Shown: piece after piece, positions 11,701 through 23,017 of the stretch | How positions within the stretch are numbered: the first letter of the stretch is position 1 | Layout: each line of letters begins with the position of its first letter | Source: Demequinaceae bacterium | GTDB taxonomy: Bacteria; Actinomycetota; Actinomycetes; Actinomycetales; Demequinaceae | NCBI GenBank assembly: GCA_965250005.1 | Contig: OZ252279.1 | Coordinates: 330,001-362,000, forward strand | DNA length: 32,000 bases | Reading direction: 5' to 3' | Program-made: the position numbers and the translations under genes | The notes under the pieces: generated by a model | What the model was told of the DNA's origin: nothing | Databases searched by the model: none | The model's input: the letters and a program-made list of their open reading frames with translations, nothing else

Positions 11701-12141
11701 CTACTTCTTCACGTGACTTGCGACGAGGAGCGACAGCAACACGGTGCCCGCGGCCGCGAGTAGTGCGCCCGCAGTCATCAGCAGTTTTCCCCAGGCGGTG
11801 GCCTCGGGGGTGCCGAAGCCAAACGCGCCGGCTCCCACAATGTCGGACATCATTCCGTCGACGTCGCCCATCATGCCGTCGAGGTCCTCGGAGTGTTCAC
11901 CGAGCAGGTCTTCGAGCGCTTCGGCATCGTCGCCCAGGAGCGCTTCGAGATCGAGGCCGTCCTCGCCAAGGAGCTCCTCGATCATCGGGCCGCCGAACGC
12001 GTCTGCAAAATCGGGGGTGTCGACAAGCGTGACCGCATTCCATATGGCCAACAGGCCAATGATTAGGGCGGTCGCGGCCGAGCCGAGCGCAACCCATAGC
12101 GACACGCGCCGGGTCTGCTCAAGCAGTGAGCCTTCCTTCAT
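11701..12141 (-). CDS. Two-TM membrane protein with an acidic, Met-containing repeat loop (called MemA here), paralog of the downstream gene
   Basis: ATG 12141 is preceded by a perfect GGAGG 5 nt upstream (ctgtgcaaGGAGGaatcATG); the track start at 12171 is less likely. The N-terminus MKEGSLLEQTRRVSLWVALGSAA and the C-terminus VLLSLLVASHVKK parallel MemB. The loop contains ELLGEDG/EALLGDD/EDLLGEH and DGMMGD/DGMMSD repeats. Confidence 0.65.
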   Translation of the reverse strand: MKEGSLLEQTRRVSLWVALGSAATALIIGLLAIWNAVTLVDTPDFADAFGGPMIEELLGEDGLDLEALLGDDAEALEDLLGEHSEDLDGMMGDVDGMMSDIVGAGAFGFGTPEATAWGKLLMTAGALLAAAGTVLLSLLVASHVKK

Positions 12142-12266
12142 GATTCCTCCTTGCACAGAGGCGCGCGGCACTTCCGCGGCCCACCTTCACGGTAGCGCGC
12201 GATTTCGCGAATGTCGCTAGGGGGTGACCTTGAGTCGCGACAGGCGCGGGCGCAGCGGAGGGGACC

Positions 12267-12788
12267 CTACGAGCACGTGGCTTCTTCGTAGTCGCCCAGA
12301 ATCGAGAAGTCAGTCTTGCCTTGCCAGGCCGACGGGTCGGACGCCTCGAGCGCAGCCACGAGTTCCTCGAACGTGTCGCTGTTCTCGGCGGCGTCCGCCA
12401 CGCGGTAGATCGGCCCCATGAATTCGGCGGATAGGTGGGCGAGCTCGTCGGATACCTCCGCGTCCTCCACCGTATCCGCGACGGCCTCGAAGAAGGCCTC
12501 GAATGCGGGGCCCTCCTCGCGGGCCGTCTCAGCGAACTTCTTCGCAAGATCTAGGGCGGTTTCGGCCGGTGCGTCATCGGATGCGGCGCTTCCTACGGCG
12601 GCCAATTCATCCTTCATGCTCGACGTCCAGTTGTCGATCTCGGGCCCGCCAAGGATGAGGTCGCAGAACGTGACGGGCCCAAAGTCGATGTCGGCAACCT
12701 CGGGCGCCGGGGCGGTGCTACCTGAGCAACCGGCGAGCGCCACGGCAGTTGCCGCTGCGGTGAGAACGAGTGAGAGGGGATTTGTCAT
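12267..12788 (-). CDS. Secreted acidic lipoprotein of unknown function (called LpB here), a probable distant paralog of 2030-2635
   Basis: ATG 12788 gives MTNPLSLVLTAAATAVALAGCS, a signal peptide with the lipobox L-A-G-C. The mature part is Asp/Glu/Ala-rich, with Cys in FCDLIL near the N-terminus and in ATCS at the C-terminus, the same layout as LpA. The track start at 12836 adds 16 residues before the signal peptide. Confidence 0.75.
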   Translation of the reverse strand: MTNPLSLVLTAAATAVALAGCSGSTAPAPEVADIDFGPVTFCDLILGGPEIDNWTSSMKDELAAVGSAASDDAPAETALDLAKKFAETAREEGPAFEAFFEAVADTVEDAEVSDELAHLSAEFMGPIYRVADAAENSDTFEELVAALEASDPSAWQGKTDFSILGDYEEATCS

Positions 12789-12847
12789 GTGCTCATACTT
12801 TCCGCAAAGTCTGTCACGCGCAACTTTCACGCCCATATCCTGGGGCG

Positions 12848-13414
12848 ATGCAACTGAACAGCAGCCTCACGCGGCTGGTCGCCGCCGCGCGGCTGGAGGA
12901 GGCGCGGCTTGGCGCCATTCGCCTTGTGCTAGTCGATGGCCCCGCGGGCTCGGGCAAGACGACGCTCGCGGCGCGACTGGCCGCGGCTCTCGGTGGCGCC
13001 CAAGTTCTCCACAGCGACGACATGTACGAGGGCTGGAGCGGGCTGGCCACGCTACGCGAGGTTCTCGTGGAGCAAGTGTTCGAACCGCTCGCGCGAGGCG
13101 AGGATGCGGGGTTCGCGGTCTGGGACTGGGCGAGCGGCCAGCGCGGTGAGGTGCTCGGCGTCCCCGCGTCGGACTTCCTTGTGATCGAGGGCGTTGGCGT
13201 TGCTCAGCGCGACGCGCGCCCGTTCGCGAGTTTGGTGGTCTACGTGGAAGCGCCGTGGGCGGAGCGACTGCGCCGGGGGATCGAGCGTGACGGCGAGGAG
13301 ATGCGCGCGCACTGGGAGCGGTGGCAGCTGGAGGAACTCGAGTTCCTTGCCGAGCACGGCACGCGAGAGGCGGCGGACGCCATCGTCGATGGCGCTGCTG
13401 TCCTGCCCGACTAG
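12848..13414 (+). CDS. P-loop NTPase, uridine-kinase/nucleoside-kinase-like protein
   Basis: Walker A motif VDGPAGSGKTTLA and a Walker-B-like FLVIEGVG. The start is ATG 12848 (MQLNSSLTRLV), with TATCCT at 12836-12841 six nt upstream, suggesting a possible leaderless start. The track start at 12770 overlaps the divergent lipoprotein gene. Confidence 0.8.
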   Translation: MQLNSSLTRLVAAARLEEARLGAIRLVLVDGPAGSGKTTLAARLAAALGGAQVLHSDDMYEGWSGLATLREVLVEQVFEPLARGEDAGFAVWDWASGQRGEVLGVPASDFLVIEGVGVAQRDARPFASLVVYVEAPWAERLRRGIERDGEEMRAHWERWQLEELEFLAEHGTREAADAIVDGAAVLPD

Positions 13415-13464
13415 CGTCACCGCGTCCCTCGAACGTCTCCGACCCCTGGCAGACTAGGCACACT

Positions 13465-14727
13465 ATGAGCGACATCCTCGAAGAGCTCGCCTGGCGCGGT
13501 CTCATTGCCCAGTCCACAGACCAATCCGCCCTGCGCGAGGAGCTCGAGAAGGGCCCCATCACGCTGTACTGCGGGTTTGATCCCACCGCACCCAGCCTGC
13601 ACTTGGGCAATCTCATGCAGATCCTCACGGTGCGCCGGTTCCAAGATGCGGGCCACCAGCCACTCCTGCTGGTGGGCGGCGCTACGGGGCTCGTCGGCGA
13701 CCCGCGCGATGCGGGGGAGCGCACGCTCAACTCTGTGGAGACCGTCCACGAGTGGGTCGAACACATCCGCGCCCAAATCGAGCCGCTCATGAGCTTCGAG
13801 GGTGACAATGCCGCGGTCATGGTCAATAACTATGACTGGACCAAGGACATGGACGCGATCGCGTTCCTGCGCGACATCGGCAAGCACTATCGGCTGGGGA
13901 CGATGCTCGCCAAAGAGGCTGTCGCACGCCGGCTCAACAGCGACGAGGGGATTTCCTACACGGAGTTTTCCTACCAAGTGCTGCAGGGCATGGACTTCCT
14001 TGAGCTCTACCGCCGCCACGGCTGCCTGCTGCAAACCGGCGGCTCCGACCAGTGGGGAAACCTGCTCAGTGGCACGGAACTGATCCGCAAGTCCGAAGGC
14101 GTCACTGCCCACGCACTGGCCACGCCGCTCGTCACCAAGGCCGACGGCACCAAGTTCGGCAAGACAGCCGAGGGCGCGATCTGGCTCAACGCAGAGATGA
14201 CCAGTCCGTACGCGATGTACCAATTCTGGCTCGGAAGCGCCGATGCCGACGTGGTCGATTACCTCAAGTACTTCACTTTCCGCACGCGCGACCAGATCGC
14301 CGCGCTCGAGGCCGCCGTTGCCGACGAACCCTTCAAGCGCGAGGCCCAGAAGACGCTCGCACACGACGTCACTTCACTGGTGCACAGCTCCGCGGCCGCA
14401 GATGCCGTCGTGGCGGCCTCGCAGGCGATCTTTGGCCGTGGGGAGCTGGCCGGGCTGGACGCCGCCACGTTGGACGGAGTGGCCTCCGAGGTGCCCAGTG
14501 CAGACGTTCCGGCGGGCACCACGATCGTCGGCGCGCTTGTGGCTGCGGGACTCGTGGAGTCGAAGTCCGCAGGCGCGCGTGCGGTCAAAGAAGGTGGCGC
14601 CTACCTGAACAACGAGGCGGTCGCCGATGCCGACTTGAGCTTGTCCGCTGAGCACGCGATCGCTGGTGGTTGGGCCGTGATTCGGCGCGGCAAGAAGACC
14701 GTGGGAATGGTCCGCATCGGCGCTTAG
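13465..14727 (+). CDS. tyrS: Tyrosine--tRNA ligase
   Basis: MSDILEELAWRGLIAQSTD, the HIGH-type motif (PSLHLGN), the KMSKS-type motif (KFGKTAEG) and a C-terminal S4-like domain. The track ORF start at 13321 is an upstream extension overlapping the previous gene. Confidence 0.97.
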   Translation: MSDILEELAWRGLIAQSTDQSALREELEKGPITLYCGFDPTAPSLHLGNLMQILTVRRFQDAGHQPLLLVGGATGLVGDPRDAGERTLNSVETVHEWVEHIRAQIEPLMSFEGDNAAVMVNNYDWTKDMDAIAFLRDIGKHYRLGTMLAKEAVARRLNSDEGISYTEFSYQVLQGMDFLELYRRHGCLLQTGGSDQWGNLLSGTELIRKSEGVTAHALATPLVTKADGTKFGKTAEGAIWLNAEMTSPYAMYQFWLGSADADVVDYLKYFTFRTRDQIAALEAAVADEPFKREAQKTLAHDVTSLVHSSAAADAVVAASQAIFGRGELAGLDAATLDGVASEVPSADVPAGTTIVGALVAAGLVESKSAGARAVKEGGAYLNNEAVADADLSLSAEHAIAGGWAVIRRGKKTVGMVRIGA

Positions 14728-14770
14728 ACGCGGTCAGCGGGAGAGAGCGACACGCCCGAAACTGGGCGAT

Positions 14771-14799
14771 TTGACGCGGCCCCCCGAAGCCCGTAAGTT
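14771..14799 (+). promoter_or_regulatory. Putative rRNA operon promoter P1
   Basis: -35 TTGACG (14771-14776), an exactly 17-nt spacer, and -10 TAAGTT (14794-14799). It lies about 450 nt upstream of the 16S 5' end. Confidence 0.55.
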
Positions 14800-14961
14800 T
14801 GCCCTCGCTGCCTGAAACGGAAGCGCTCGACGGAGGACTGAAGAAGGCCACGGAGAGTATCCACAGGAAGCCCCTCTTGGAAAACGGAATGGTGCTTTGC
14901 GCGCCAAACCCGAGTACTGTAGAGGGTCCCTCCCCAGTTGGTCGGAGTGCCGCGAGGCGTT

Positions 14962-14990
14962 TTGACAGAGGGGGCCAGAGGGAGTAGCGT
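14962..14990 (+). promoter_or_regulatory. Putative rRNA operon promoter P2
   Basis: -35 TTGACA (14962-14967), an exactly 17-nt spacer, and -10 TAGCGT (14985-14990, fitting TANNNT). It lies about 260 nt upstream of 16S. Confidence 0.55.
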
Positions 14991-15044
14991 AGAAGGGTTG
15001 CCTCGGCGCCGGTCGCAAGACCAGCGAAGATGCGCGTCCGAACC

Positions 15045-15065
15045 TTGAGAACTCAACAGTGTGCC
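15045..15065 (+). promoter_or_regulatory. BoxA-like antitermination/processing element in the 16S leader
   Basis: TTGAGAACTCAACAGTGTGCC resembles the conserved actinobacterial leader motif. A near-copy, TTGAGAACTGCACAGTGGACG, recurs upstream of 23S. Confidence 0.5.
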
Positions 15066-15250
15066 ACATAGTCGATGCCAAAACCTCTGGCGTCTACTCA
15101 GTAAAGCCTTAGGGCAGATCTGGGAGACGTTAGATTCCTTTGGTAAAGATACAAATGTCAGTGACATTTGTTCATTGCTAGAGATTAAACGGTCCTTCGG
15201 GGCCACTTCGTAAAGATGCTTAACCGCGCAAGCGGATTTAGCGAAATACC

Positions 15251-16779
<1,529 letters not shown>

Positions 16780-17111
16780 AGCACTTGGCGCGGTTTATAC
16801 CGCGTCCATATCTCGCTTCGTTCTCATATGTAGGACGGCGAGAGCTCATGGATGGAACATCGACATGGCAATCCATTTGAGCGCAGCGCCAAGTACGCCC
16901 TATTCATAGGGTTGGAAAATCGCAGCATAAGAATCGATAGCACGGCACACTGTTGGGTCCTGAGGGCTCGGGCTTACGCCTGACCTCAGGCCGGATCCCG
17001 CTCAGGTGGGTACGGCCGGATGGACCATCGGACCTGGTTGAACCACCTCGAGCGGTGCACTTTGCACCTAGATCGAGGCAGGCGCCAGAAGAAGATGGGC
17101 CCACCCGTAGT

Positions 17112-17132
17112 TTGAGAACTGCACAGTGGACG
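17112..17132 (+). promoter_or_regulatory. BoxA-like element in the 16S-23S spacer
   Basis: TTGAGAACTGCACAGTGGACG lies about 25 nt before the 23S 5' end. The spacer also carries CACACTGTTGGGTCCTGAGG, a block conserved in actinobacterial ITS regions. No tRNA-like sequence is present in the spacer. Confidence 0.5.
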
Positions 17133-17156
17133 CGAGCATCTTTGATATCTGTAGTC

Positions 17157-20256
<3,100 letters not shown>

Positions 20257-20328
20257 TTTTCAAAGTGCTACGCGTCCACTGTGCGGTTCCCGAGATACGG
20301 TCGGGAAACCGCTTGATATCTCCATAGA

Positions 20329-20448
20329 GTTTCGGCAGCCACAGCGAGGGGGAAACGCCCGGTCCCATTCCGAACCCGGAAGCTAAGCCCCTCAGCGCCG
20401 ATGGTACTGCACTGGTGACGGTGTGGGAGAGTAGGTCGCTGCCGGACA
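20329..20448 (+). rRNA. rrf: 5S ribosomal RNA
   Basis: GTTTCGGCAGCCACAGCGAGGGGGAAACGCCCGGTCCCATTCCGAACCCGGAAGCTAAGCC...GGGAGAGTAGGTCGCTGCCGGACA. The terminal helix pairs TTCGGCAGC with GCTGCCGGA. Confidence 0.97.
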
Positions 20449-20457
20449 TCCTTTCGC

Positions 20458-20486
20458 GATGGCCGCCCCTTTACGGGGCGGCCATC
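20458..20486 (+). terminator. rRNA operon terminator hairpin
   Basis: Perfect 12-bp stem, GATGGCCGCCCC (20458-20469) and GGGGCGGCCATC (20475-20486), with the loop TTTAC, followed by TGCATTTG. It starts 10 nt after the 5S end. Confidence 0.7.
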
Positions 20487-20520
20487 TGCATTTGTCCTAC
20501 GTGGATTCCCGTGCGTTCTC

Positions 20521-20526
20521 TACAAT
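20521..20526 (+). promoter_or_regulatory. Putative -10 hexamer (TACAAT) for the TPR-protein gene
   Basis: TACAAT lies 26 nt upstream of ATG 20552, which is itself preceded by GGAG (20544-20547). No convincing -35 element. Confidence 0.35.
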
Positions 20527-20551
20527 GACTACGCACGCCGAACGGAGAAAC

Positions 20552-21829
20552 ATGAACAGCGACTCTCGCTCAGACCGCGGTCCGAAGAAGCCACGCGATG
20601 GCTCCGGAAGCGGTTCTCGCGGCGCGTCACGCGGTGGCTCAAGCGGCCGAGGAGGCTCTATTCGGGGCGGCAGCTCGCAGCGCGACGCGGGCGCTGGACG
20701 CGGAAGTGGGCCTGGTGGCGGATCCTCAGGAGGAGGCTGGTCGCGCGACGGCTTCGACCGCAAAGAGGGTGCAGGCAAGAACGATCAATCGAGCGGTGGC
20801 CCGCGACGCGACCGGAAGCCGCCACAGCGTGGAACCCCTGATGAACGCGCCCGCGCAAGGTACGACCGCGGCCAGGATCGCGCGGCAGGAGCCGGGAGCG
20901 GGCCGCGCCGCGTCTACAACGACGACAAGACTGCGACCGAGCGCCGCGGCAGGCGCGCGGACGAGGTGCCCAAGATCGAGGCTCCCGAGATTCCAGAGGA
21001 AGTCGAATTCGCCGATTTAGACAAGCCCACGCGCGCGCGAATGCGCACGCTGAGCAAAGATAACGCCGACGACGTAGGCAGGCACATGGTGATGGTCGGC
21101 GCACTCCTGGATATCGATCCAGAGCTCGCCTACAAGCACGCACTGGTGGCCGTCGCCCGCGGGGGGCGCGTGGACGTCGTGCGGGAGGCCATGGCCCTGG
21201 CCGCATACGCGACCGGTCGCTACGCTGAGGCGCTTCGCGAGCTGCGGACGGTCCGACGGCTCAACGGTGAGAGCGAGAACCTCGCGCTCATGGCTGACTG
21301 CGAACGCGGACTTGGGAGACCCGAGCGGGCCCTCGCCCTCACCCAGTCCGATGAGGCAAAGGGCATTTCGCCCGAGGCGTCCGCCGAGTTGCAAATCGTT
21401 GCAGCCGGGGCTCGTCTTGATTTGGGACAGGCCGACGCGGCGGTTGCCACACTCCGCGCGATCGAGGCGCCCACACCGGAGGTGCTCGAGCGGGCCGAAG
21501 GGGCGTTGGTCGACGCGTACCGGGCGGCAGGCAAGGAAGACCAGGCTAACGCCCTCGAGCAGAAGCTCACCAAACGGGCATTGGAACGCGGGCCAGAAGA
21601 GCCAATCGAACTCGACACCTTCGTCTACGACACAGCGACCGAGGAGGTCGTCGAGGACGAGTTCGCGCCACAGACGGCTGACGCAGATGCGGATGTTTCC
21701 CCTGGTAAAGAGCCCAATGCGAATGGCGCGAACGAAGAAGGCGGCGACTCGAATGCACCCGGCATCGTGGGTGACGCGGCAGCCCCAACCGCGCCGCGCG
21801 CGGCTGCGGACCCAGAGGAGGCCGCGTGA
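20552..21829 (+). CDS. Conserved actinobacterial TPR-like protein with a long Arg/Gly/Ser-rich disordered N-terminal region (positional equivalent of Rv1691)
   Basis: The start at ATG 20552 has an SD. The track start at 20459 lies inside the rRNA terminator stem, and ATG 20525 lies inside the -10 hexamer. The N-terminal ~150 aa are RGG/SGS-rich. The C-terminal half is helical-repeat-like (YKHALVAVARGGRVDVVREAMALAAYATGRYAEALRELRTV...). Confidence 0.8.
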   Translation: MNSDSRSDRGPKKPRDGSGSGSRGASRGGSSGRGGSIRGGSSQRDAGAGRGSGPGGGSSGGGWSRDGFDRKEGAGKNDQSSGGPRRDRKPPQRGTPDERARARYDRGQDRAAGAGSGPRRVYNDDKTATERRGRRADEVPKIEAPEIPEEVEFADLDKPTRARMRTLSKDNADDVGRHMVMVGALLDIDPELAYKHALVAVARGGRVDVVREAMALAAYATGRYAEALRELRTVRRLNGESENLALMADCERGLGRPERALALTQSDEAKGISPEASAELQIVAAGARLDLGQADAAVATLRAIEAPTPEVLERAEGALVDAYRAAGKEDQANALEQKLTKRALERGPEEPIELDTFVYDTATEEVVEDEFAPQTADADADVSPGKEPNANGANEEGGDSNAPGIVGDAAAPTAPRAAADPEEAA

Positions 21830-22836
21830 GCCATCTCGGACTTGTGGGGTCCGAGATCCCACTGCAGGAGGCGTTCGACTCTGCTCTCGTTGACCTCGAC
21901 GGAGTGACCTATCGAGGCCCCGAGGCGATTCCCAGTGCGCCGCCCGCTCTTGCCGCTGCGCGCGAGGCGGGCATGAATTTGATGTATGTCACTAACAACG
22001 CCAACCGCGAGCCAGAGACGGTCGCGGCCCACTTGAGCGACGTGGGTATTCCCGCGACCACCTCTGAGATACTGACGGCCGCGCAGGCCGCCGCCGCGAT
22101 GTTGAGTGAGCGGCTTGACGCCGGCGCCCGCGTACTCGTTGTTGGTGGCGCCGGCCTCAGGAGTGCGGTTTCCGCGGTGGGCCTCGCCGTGGTCAATTCA
22201 GCAGATGATGCTCCGGTTGCGGTGGTCCAGGGATATGCACCCGAGATCGGCTGGCTTGAGCTCGCTGAGGCGACCTACGCCGTGCGCGCGGGCGCCTACT
22301 TCCTTGCGTCAAACATGGATATGACGCTTCCGACGGCGCGCGGGTTCGCGCCTGGCAACGGCTCGCTCGTTGGCGTAGTCGTCGCCGCAACGGGAGTCGT
22401 CCCCGACAGCGCGGGCAAACCTGAGCCCGCCATGTTCCACATCGCGGCCCAGCGGGCATCATCCGACCGGCCGCTCGTCATCGGCGACCGACTGGACACC
22501 GACCTGGCTGGCGCGCGCGCAGCAGGTTACCCCGGACTCATGGTGCTGACCGGCGTCAATGACGCTCGGGACGCCATTCTTGCGGTCCCGCTGGAGCGCC
22601 CGAGTTTCATCGGGGAGACACTCGACGTGCTGGCGCAGCCCCATCCGGCACCAACTGAACGCGAAGGATGGTGGCACGTGCGAGGAGCCAGCTCGCGCAC
22701 CGTCGACGGGCATTTGGAGTTCTCGGGCAGCGCGGGAATCGATCGCGTCCGTGCGGCGTGTGCTGCAGCGTGGGCGGCGGCAGATGCAGGTGTGACCTTA
22801 ACCATTGAGTCATCTATAGAACTCGGGTTATCATGA
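21826..22836 (+). CDS. HAD-superfamily (subfamily IIA) phosphatase, Rv1692-like
   Basis: The nucleophile motif LVDLDGVTY (DxDG), and VIGDRLDTDLAG (HAD motif IV). The GTG start at 21826 overlaps the upstream TGA (GTGA). Confidence 0.9.
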   Translation: MSHLGLVGSEIPLQEAFDSALVDLDGVTYRGPEAIPSAPPALAAAREAGMNLMYVTNNANREPETVAAHLSDVGIPATTSEILTAAQAAAAMLSERLDAGARVLVVGGAGLRSAVSAVGLAVVNSADDAPVAVVQGYAPEIGWLELAEATYAVRAGAYFLASNMDMTLPTARGFAPGNGSLVGVVVAATGVVPDSAGKPEPAMFHIAAQRASSDRPLVIGDRLDTDLAGARAAGYPGLMVLTGVNDARDAILAVPLERPSFIGETLDVLAQPHPAPTEREGWWHVRGASSRTVDGHLEFSGSAGIDRVRAACAAAWAAADAGVTLTIESSIELGLS

Positions 22837-22839
22837 GGG

Positions 22840-23010
22840 ATGGAAGAATTAGAACCTACGCGCGACGCGATTGGTGAAACGTCGTACCCGCCTGACGTCG
22901 AAGAGGCGCTGAAGGCAGTTTCTGAGTTGCCCGAGGACCCCTCCGAGCAAGCCGAGTACTACGACAAGATCCAAGAGGCACTTTCCACGCGTCTTCGCGA
23001 CGAGTCCTAA
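22840..23010 (+). CDS. Small acidic conserved hypothetical protein (56 aa), positional equivalent of the small ORF between the HAD phosphatase and tlyA in mycobacteria (Rv1693)
   Basis: Below the ORF-track size cutoff; I translated it by hand: MEELEPTRDAIGETSYPPDVEEALKAVSELPEDPSEQAEYYDKIQEALSTRLRDES*. Third codon positions are GC-rich. It fills the gap between two coupled genes exactly and ends 7 nt before the tlyA ATG. Confidence 0.6.
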   Translation: MEELEPTRDAIGETSYPPDVEEALKAVSELPEDPSEQAEYYDKIQEALSTRLRDES

Positions 23011-23017
23011 GCGCTCG

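Noticed and set aside
13415-13464. Looked for a T-box or other leader upstream of tyrS
   Set aside because: Only 50 nt separate it from the upstream gene, far too short for a T-box, and no specifier or antiterminator structure is visible.
12867-13826. 319-aa minus-strand ORF spanning the P-loop kinase gene and the tyrS 5' end
   Set aside because: Its composition is extremely Arg/Pro/Ala/Ser-rich and it crosses an intergenic region and two well-supported plus-strand genes, so it is an artefact.
13417-14364. 315-aa minus-strand ORF opposite tyrS
   Set aside because: It is antisense to tyrS, which has HIGH and KMSKS motifs. It has no recognisable domain, so it is a GC-driven artefact.
20459-20551. 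The first 31 codons of the track ORF 20459..21829
   Set aside because: That start lies inside the 12-bp rRNA terminator stem. The downstream ATG at 20552 has an SD and a plausible -10 element upstream of it.
21017-21862. 281-aa minus-strand ORF opposite the TPR-like gene
   Set aside because: It is antisense to a syntenically conserved gene and has no motifs or plausible start context.
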